DNA of 62,939 nucleotides, filler included, from Octopus bimaculoides (Eukaryota), in NCBI RefSeq assembly GCF_001194135.2. It is 5 parts of 5 records of this genome, joined end to end, with 100 filler letters (N's around TTAATTAATTAA, not from the genome) between each part and the next. Parts side by side here need not be neighbours in the genome. Positions count along the whole stretch, not along the records: positions 54,228 to 60,833 come from NC_068987.1; positions 60,934 to 62,939 come from NC_068981.1; 3 more parts are not named here. One strand, 5' to 3'. A program made the position numbers and the translations under genes. The notes under the pieces were generated by a model. The model worked only from the letters and a program-made list of their open reading frames with translations, was not told where the DNA came from and searched no databases. How positions within the stretch are numbered: the first letter of the stretch is position 1; each line of letters starts with the position of its first letter. Of this stretch, positions 54,990 to 62,939 are shown piece by piece.

Positions 54990-56610
54990 TTGTAGAGGGT
55001 CCTACTATTTTACTGATACTTTGAAAAGACACAGAGGCCTACATGAAGACAAAAAATGTTGTTTTTGCAAGTATACACCAGTTTAATTTATAATCTATTT
55101 TTTTTTATCCTTAAGTTCCCAAATATATCTACTGAGCCCAGTTGAATTAGCCTTACTCCTATTTCTGAAGCTAGATTGGTGTGCACTATATCTAAGAATC
55201 ATTTGGTTTTTAGTGGCACATAAATACGAGTTTATCTGGCCATCTGTGTGCACATCACATTGGTAAACTATGTTATTTGTCTTACATTTATTTGAGAAAT
55301 GGCACTTTGTTCTATCCCTGCAGCCACATAAATTATTAGGTATATCTGTGTTTGTGTTATGTTGAGGGGCGGGGGGCTATCACTGTTCAGGTCTATATCT
55401 AAGTTAGTAGGAGGCGTAACATTAGTGGTGGGCTTAATCATATTATTTGGTTGCTTATTATTATTATTGTTCACAATTTTTCTAGTTTCATAGAATTTGT
55501 CTAGTTTTTTGTTATTTATTGAGGCTATGATTGTAGCTAAGTTATTGGTCGGACTGTAGCCTACTCTAATTTTATTCCTAAATAATTCTGCGTATTTATT
55601 ATTAATGTTTAGGTGTTTATCTATGATTTTCATTAATGAGCGAACTATGTTTGATTTGAGGTGCGTGGTGTAGGGGATTATGAGCCAAATTTTATCACTA
55701 TTTTGTTTATATTTTGTATTGTTTTTTCTAGTATAAAAGCTAGCCTCCTTGTTTGTGAGCCGTGTGAAGTTATGGTTATGGCTATCTTGCTTATTTCCAT
55801 AGTTAGGTTTCACTTTCCTGTTACTTTTGTCTGTTCTATTGGTGTTGCTTACATAGGGTTTATGTGGACTTGATGGCATGGTTTTTTTGTTATTAACAGG
55901 GTTCATATAGGTTCTTTGGGCGCTTTAGCTTTATTCATACTGATGTGTAGGTTTATATTATTATTTTTGTAGCTAAAGTTATTTTGGGGCTTATTTGTGT
56001 ACTTGGTGTTGTTAGTTGTGTTAATACTGCTAATCTTATTGATTATCACTTTATCGGTATTAGTGTTGTGGTTATTTTTGTTGTTATTGGTGGTTTGTGC
56101 ATGGGCCTTGGCGTTGTTCATATTGGTGTTGTTTTTATTGGGGTTACCCATACTGTTCTTATTGTTGGAGTAGTTTGTGGTGATGTATGGTATGTGGTTG
56201 GTGTTAATGGTATTAGTGAGTGGGTTTCTGTTATTTGGGCTACTTGTATGGTGATTAGGGACAAGGTATTTAATTTTTTGTTTAAATCCTGCTTTCTGTA
56301 GTGCGGAATAATAAATTTCCTTATGCCTATTAAAGATATTTATGTTGGAAGAGGGGTGTGATATTCTATTGCTAATGCTATGTACTAGGCCTATCTTAAT
56401 AAAGTTTGGGTGGTTACTAGAAGCGTTTATATATTTGAGATTCGTGTTGGGTTTTGTATAGGGTTCATGGAGTCCTGTGGCTAGGTTGCAGTTTGCATCT
56501 AAGTAGTTAATAGGGGTGTGTTCCTTTTCAATAGAAATAGATAGACCAAATCTTTTAAAGAATTTGTGTAGTTTTTTCTTGATAAGCTCAAATTTTGTCT
56601 TTATTACCAT
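54990..56610 (-). mobile_element. Penelope-like element (Naiad-type): RT thumb, linker and GIY-YIG endonuclease, frameshifted
   Basis: YLD...HEPYTKPNTNLKYINASSNHP...RISHPSS; IWLIIPY...KIIDKH...VGYSPTNNL; then in another frame CGCRDRTKCHFSNKCKTNNIVYQC...LRYSAHQSSFRN...GLSRYIWELK. Confidence 0.88.
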
Positions 56611-56611
56611 T

Positions 56612-56704
56612 ACCGATGTATCAATTTATTTTTCACATTCTGACCAATGTATCAATTTATTTTTCACATTCTGACTGATGTATCAATTTATTTTTCACAT
56701 TCTG
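56612..56704. repeat. 3 x 31-bp tandem repeat
   Basis: ACCGATGTATCAATTTATTTTTCACATTCTG unit with 1-2 changes per copy. Confidence 0.9.
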
Positions 56705-56920
56705 AAGATATTTACTAAAACTACTAAATTNNNNNNNNNNNNNNNNNNNNNNNNNNNNNNNNNNNNNNNNNNNNNNNNNNNNNNNNNNNNNNNNNNNNNN
56801 NNNNNNNNNNNNNNNNNNNNNNNNNNNNNNNNNNNNNNNNNNNNNNNNNNNNNNNNNNNNNNNNNNNNNNNNNNNNNNNNNNNNNNNNNNNNNNNNNNNN
56901 NNNNNNNNNNNNNNNNNNNN

Positions 56921-56954
<34 letters not shown>

Positions 56955-59229
56955 TGTATGTATGTATGTATGTATGTATAAAAGAAATAGAAAATAGACA
57001 ATCAAAGCATATGGTATCACTGTATCACTTTAGAGCCTTTGATTTATAATTTATGGTTTAAAGATAGTGCAGTGTAGTTAAATAGGTAAAGTTCCTTACA
57101 ATTTTTTCTAGAATAACTAAAGCACGTGGAGCATGTGTTCCTGAACAAGGATTTCCATGTAAGCTAAGTATTCTGTCAAAAGAGAGATATTATAGTGAGA
57201 ACATACCTAAGAGTTAAGGGAACATATATATATAAAATTTATTAATGAGGGTAGAAATTGATATTAATCAATTAAAACAAGTGGTCTAGCATATTAAAAA
57301 AATCCGAAGATTAAAATTATATTACATACAAAAATAAGAGGAATGACCAGCAAAAGTGGACTCCTATATGCTAGAAATAGATGCCGAATCATCTAACCAC
57401 GAAAAAAATATGTTCTCAGTAAAAATTTAGTGACACAACAGACTGCAAAAGGGCAAGACAAATGAAAAAATACTAAATATAAAAAATGATTAACCTACGT
57501 ACCATGGTTTCACTGTAAATTTTAACAGGTGAAACCATGGTACGTAGGTTAANNNNNNNNNNNNNNNNNNNNNNNNNNNNNNNNNNNNNNNNNNNNNNNN
57601 NNNNNNNNNNNNNNNNNNNNNNNNNNNNNNNNNNNNNNNNNNNNNNNNNNNNNNNNNNNNNNNNNNNNNNNNNNNNNNNNNNNNNNNNNNNNNNNNNNNN
57701 NNNNNNNNNNNNNNNNNNNNNNNNNNNNNNNNNNNNNNNNNNNNNNNNNNNNNNNNNNNNNNNNNNNNNNNNNNNNNNNNNNNNNNNNNNNNNNNNNNNN
57801 NNNNNNNNNNNNNNNNNNNNNNNNNNNNNNNNNNNNNNNNNNNNNNNNNNNNNNNNNNNNNNNNNNNNNNNNNNNNNNNNNNNNNNNNNNNNNNNNNNNN
57901 NNNNNNNNNNNNNNNNNNNNNNNNNNNNNNNNNNNNNNNNNNNNNNNNNNNNNNNNNNNNNNNNNNNNNNNNNNNNNNNNNNNNNNNNNNNNNNNNNNNN
58001 NNNNNNNNNNNNNNNNNNNNNNNNNNNNNNNNNNNNNNNNNNNNNNNNNNNNNNNNNNNNNNNNNNNNNNNNNNNNNNNNNNNNNNNNNNNNNNNNNNNN
58101 NNNNNNNNNNNNNNNNNNNNNNNNNNNNNNNNNNNNNNNNNNNNNNNNNNNNNNNNNNNNNNNNNNNNNNNNNNNNNNNNNNNNNNNNNNNNNNNNNNNN
58201 NNNNNNNNNNNNNNNNNNNNNNNNNNNNNNNNNNNNNNNNNNNNNNNNNNNNNNNNNNNNNNNNNNNNNNNNNNNNNNNNNNNNNNNNNNNNNNNNNNNN
58301 NNNNNNNNNNNNNNNNNNNNNNNNNNNNNNNNNNNNNNNNNNNNNNNNNNNNNNNNNNNNNNNNNNNNNNNNNNNNNNNNNNNNNNNNNNNNNNNNNNNN
58401 NNNNNNNNNNNNNNNNNNNNNNNNNNNNNNNNNNNNNNNNNNNNNNNNNNNNNNNNNNNNNNNNNNNNNNNNNNNNNNNNNNNNNNNNNNNNNNNNNNNN
58501 NNNNNGGAGAGAGAGAGAGGGAGGGAGGGAGAGAGAGAGGGAGGGAAAGAGAGAGAGAGAGGGGGGTACAGTACATCTGTGGGTCATAAGCTGGAGCATG
58601 TCTGTAAGTGACTTTATGACAATCAGTCAAGTGACCTTCGTCTGGACATGGTCTAGGATATATATCTGGTGCTGTTTGTACTAACAATGCCAGATATGGG
58701 AGCATAACTCCATCCTGGGTTTCACCTAAGTTTTGTAGAGGGTCAGAAATTATTAAGAGCTGAAGTATTTCTGTATTAAAGACATGCAGCTACCATGGTG
58801 TCATTATGAAGGTTCTAGTTAATTGTTGGTCATGTTTAAGTGGGATGAGATGCAATGATGTTTTCTTGATATGAGTAGTGCTTGCCATATGTGTTTGTGC
58901 ATGTCTCTCTCTCTCTCTCTCTCTCATCATACATATGTATATACATATAAGAAGTGACAATTTTGAAGACTCTCTGAACAGAAAATTAATGTTAGTTTAA
59001 TAGAAAAATAAAATAAATGAAGACATTCCAAACATGCAAGAAAAATAAAAACCAAGAGAGGTTTGTGTTGAATTAAGTTTGAGAAATTACTGGGTTAGTG
59101 CCATTTGTAAACAAACTGATTTTCTCTTCTTCAGAAGAACTTGGTGTTACAGTTGATGTCATTGTCTTCAGTTCTTCACAATTTTCTTCAATTTTATATT
59201 TCTTTTTGTCCTTTGATGATGATGGCTTC

Positions 59230-59790
59230 AGGAAATGGTCAATAATTAGACATCCTAAAATATGACTCAATACATTGTTGCCAGATCTGAGTCGGTCTCT
59301 GGGAGAAAAACAAATACAGAGATGTTAAAGCAATAACAAAGGTAATAATAATAGTAATGAATTGCTATTAGTAGTAATGGAATTGCTCCAAAAAAGTGCA
59401 ATTGTTGATACCAAGCCACTTTAAGGGCCCTATCTCAAATAATATCGTCTATAAATATACTATAAAAACTAGTACTAATACCTTTACCTACATAGGCATG
59501 TCATCACATGACTTCAAAACGAGATTGAATAATCACCTCTCCTCCTTTAAATACCATTATAAGGCTACCAGTATATCTCTGGCCGAGAAAATGTGGGAAT
59601 TAAGGGGCAATTATACTCAATTTGAGAGTGAGGCAGATATTGTTGGGAGGGCCCCACCATATTCTAATAATAGGCATGGCTGTAGATTATGTATGAGATA
59701 TTAAAGCATCAGGCAGGCTACTGAATAGAAAAACTGAACTGGAGCTTAATTGCTTGCACCAGATTAGATATGTATTTGCAATACTTTAAA
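59230..59790 (+). mobile_element. Penelope-like (Naiad-type) GIY-YIG endonuclease fragment
   Basis: KKCNC*, NNIVYKY...YIGMSSHDFKTRLNNHLSSFK...SLAEKMWEL...APPY...CRLC, LLNRKTEL. Confidence 0.85.
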
Positions 59791-59887
59791 CATGTTGCAT
59801 AATTCTGCAAATCTCCATTTACATTTCCTTTAAGGTAATTCTATATTGGCAATCTTATACTGGATTTACTTTATTAACATAAGGTAG

Positions 59888-60188
59888 CGAGGTCGTTGCC
59901 AGTGCCGCTGGACTGGCTCCTGTGCAGGTAGCACATAAAATACACCATTTTGAGTGTGGCCATTGCCAGTACCACCTGACTGGCCTTCATGCTGGTGGCA
60001 CATAAAAGCACCTACTACACTCTCGGAGTGGTTGGCATTAGGAAGGGCATCCAGCTGTAGAAACTCTGCCAAATCAGATTGGAGCCTGGTGTAGCCATCT
60101 GGTTCGCCAGTCCTCAGTCAAATCGTCCAACCCATGCTAGCATGGAAGGTGGACGTTAAATGACGATGATGATGATGATGATGATGAT
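59888..60188 (+). mobile_element. RTE 3'UTR copy with (GAT)n tail
   Basis: Same family as 2139-2393. Confidence 0.85.
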
Positions 60189-60371
60189 ATCGTGTAATGT
60201 AACAATAATATGGTGTACAGTTCTATATGTGAGAGATGAAGAATTATGTACATTATTTACATTTGATAGATATTTGTTTGTTGTTAAAATGTTTCAGCTG
60301 ATGTACTTTCTAGCCTTCATCAGGTGTCCTGGGGGAATTTCTCATTCCTAAGGTACTTTTCCAATGTTGTT

Positions 60372-60834
60372 GTTATTATTATTATTATTATTATTATACA
60401 GTAGTTTTATTTTTATAATGTGCTTTCACTTCACTACCGAGCGTAGCTCTGTGTGCCTTGGGTATGTGCTGTGGTTTGCTGTGATGCTCTTATGGTTACT
60501 GTATTGAAAGTGTTTTGTGTAGGATGTGTGCAGTGCCCAGTAGTGCAATTTTCTGTATGTCATATATATTTGTAAGTCCTGGTGTTTTTGTTATGTATTT
60601 GTCTGAATATTTTTTTATTATACCTAAGGCACCTACTATGATAGGAATTGTTTCTGGTTTTAGATTCTACATTCAAGTTACTTCTATTTCCAGGTCTTTG
60701 TATTTTGAAAGTTTTTCCATTTCTTTTAGGGAAACGTTGTCATCTGCTGGTATTGATACATCAATTAGAAAACATTTTTTTCCTTCATGATCTTTGACAA
60801 CTATATCTGATCTATTGGCCTTAATTTCTCTATN
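60372..60834 (-). mobile_element. Restriction-like-endonuclease non-LTR retrotransposon 3' end (R4/Dong-like)
   Basis: NRSDIVVKD...CFLIDVSIP...EKLSKYKDLEIE...IPIIVGALG...LLGTAHIL with stops, then 3'UTR and (TAA)n. Confidence 0.8.
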
Positions 60835-61550
60835 NNNNNNNNNNNNNNNNNNNNNNNNNNNNNNNNNNNNNNNNNNNTTAATTAATTAANNNNNNNNNNN
60901 NNNNNNNNNNNNNNNNNNNNNNNNNNNNNNNNNTATATATATATATATATATGCCTCGCTGTGTATCACATTCGGCTGTATATTTTGGGGACTGCGGTTG
61001 AATATTAGTTACGCGATGACGCTTGATCACGTACATATTTAATCTTAACACTCGCAAATTTATAACTCGGAGTACCACACTGAGGTAAATATAATAGGTA
61101 AATATAATTTATTTTAAAATTCGAAACGCGTTTGTAGTTAACCTAAGTCGTTGTGGATTCATCATTTTTCTTTTTTACCTTCATATAAAAGTATCTTATT
61201 GTCTCGGAGAATCTTATGGTAGTTGAAATGACATTAGCGTCTATTTCTAATTCAGTAAGTGGCGAGGCACTTAGCTGACCACTGATTATAATTTTGTATA
61301 TAATTATAGAATATTTTGTATAATTCACCTAAAAAAAGGTTTTTTAACGTACTGACTAATTGGTACAATTAATAATTATTAATTAATTAATTAGATAATT
61401 AATTTTACCCTATGTTATTATTAAAATACGTAGAAGTGCTCAAGCTAATTCTTCATCAAGGACTAGGTCAACGGGGTCAAGAGTGAGTATAAAAGAATAC
61501 CAAGACAAACTGATAAGAAGGTAGGAATGCAGTTGAGTACAATCAAGCTT

Positions 61551-61553
<3 letters not shown>

Positions 61554-61628
<75 letters not shown>

Positions 61629-61644
61629 CACACACACACACACA
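61554..61644. repeat. (CA)n microsatellite, one of many simple repeats in the window
   Basis: Directly visible. Confidence 0.95.
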
Positions 61645-62939
61645 GATACCTATATCTATATAAACACAGAAAGATAAACACACATGCAAAGTAGGAACAG
61701 ATGCACAAAAGAAATTAAAAGCAGAGAGGGAGAAGGATTTCTGTGACATGAAGAAATGAACGGAGGAAGCATAAATGAAACATAAGGAGAAGGTAAAGTT
61801 AAGGTAATTGGGGCGAAAGGAAACGCTTATGGTAGTCAATAGAATCTCATTAAGTAGACAATAAATCAGTTAGGGATCGAAGCTGATTAGACAGAGAGAC
61901 TTGAAGAAATAAGCAATGATCGAAAGGAATAAGAGTAAAGGGTAGTTGAGGAAGAAAGTTAGTGTTGTACGAGGAAGTTCCATAAACTACGGAACAGAAC
62001 GATATATAGGAAATATATCCGGAATTTGAGGAGGTGTACGGATGTAGCAAGGGATGTAAACAGTTTAAAGACTCCTCCATTCGAGAATGAATTGATGCTG
62101 AGATCGAGAGAAAATTGTACAAGGAGAATGGGGAAAGATAATGCAGCTAGCTTAGCTAAGTAATAAGTAAAATTTCCAACAATTAGGAAATATCATAAAA
62201 AAATTATGTAATGGGCAAAATTGGTATAAAATTTGTACCTAGACGAGAAGATTACGTTAGAGAATCTTTTGAATAGCAAAGTATTATGATGGCGAAGGAC
62301 AGCGAGTGATTATCCTGCAACACAATTTACAAACACGGAGTTCTTGTATGCGAAATATGCAAAATGACTTCAAGACATCTGCTTAGAGCTGCTGAATGTT
62401 GGATCTTGGACAATGTGGATTCCTCAAGATCATGGATCCTAAATATGCACTTTTGCTTACTAAGTTCTACATGCATGAATAAATTTTAAACAATAACATA
62501 ACCCCATATTTAATCAATAAAAATTTCTACAAAATGCCTCTCCATAACAACCGAATCACGGAAAACCGAGAAATCCTAAATTTCACTCCTAAGCTATTAG
62601 CGTGATTATGTGTGTATATATATATATACGACGGGCTTATTTCAGTTTCCGTCTACCAAGTCCATTTACAAGGCTTTGGTCGACCCAAGGTTTTAGTAGA
62701 AGACACTTGCCTAAGATGCACCATAGTGGGACTGAACCCAGAACCATGTGGTTAGGAAGCAAGCTTCTTACCACATAGCCACGCCTGCGCCTAATTTATA
62801 TATATATATGTAATAACATGAATAATATATAAATATATGCATATATCCATACATATATGTACATACCTACATCTATATATATACATACATGCATATATGG
62901 GTACATGACATCACAAAGAACGTTAAACACAATGATATA

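Noticed and set aside
56612-56704. 31-bp repeats as a CRISPR array
   Set aside because: Contiguous units with no spacers.
27141-58705. Long ORFs made mostly of X (e.g. 27141-28319, 29078-30316, 57473-58705)
   Set aside because: Their length comes from N gaps.
59073-59270. Charged 65-aa - strand ORF (KDKKKYKIEENCEELK...)
   Set aside because: No recognisable motif or clear splice boundaries, and it abuts a TE fragment.
59406-59408. In-frame TGA after CNC as selenocysteine (reported in some Naiads)
   Set aside because: The position is normally Arg (CNCR), so CGA-to-TGA decay explains it; the fragment is also frameshifted.
27137-60889. TTAATTAATTAA embedded in N runs at ~27137, 43515, 54172 and 60878
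   Set aside because: Identical six-frame stop pad inside gaps, so a scaffolding artefact. Adjacency across these joins is not guaranteed.
61075-61140. CTGAGGT...GAAACGCG hammerhead-like remnant
   Set aside because: The core does not match CUGANGA and no stem II forms.

Overview
AT-rich, microsatellite-dense animal genomic DNA with assembly gaps; the repeat landscape suggests an octopod cephalopod (inference). The only confidently identified gene is the 3' part of an ISWI-family chromatin remodeller (SMARCA5/SMARCA1 orthologue) on the + strand. I traced 16 coding exons from 439 to the stop at 16883, all GT-AG with compatible phases, covering the end of the ATPase lobes and the HAND-SANT-SLIDE module. 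The rest is mostly transposon debris: RTE, CR1-like and R4/Dong-like LINE pieces, two Naiad-type Penelope-like fragments, a full-length dead mariner and its MITEs, Tc1, hAT, Helitron fragments and tRNA-derived SINEs. No CRISPR, rRNA or convincing tRNA gene. Best leads: a SAP-domain TIR element in the last ISWI intron; a duplicated 3'UTR block beside a cryptic acceptor; a Met-to-Gln change at ISWI motif VI; a long hairpin with hammerhead-like cores on both arms; a possible orphan terminal exon on the - strand; and an unclassified GC-rich insert. I see no clear evidence of a wholly new multi-gene system. All family calls are from motif recall, not database searches.
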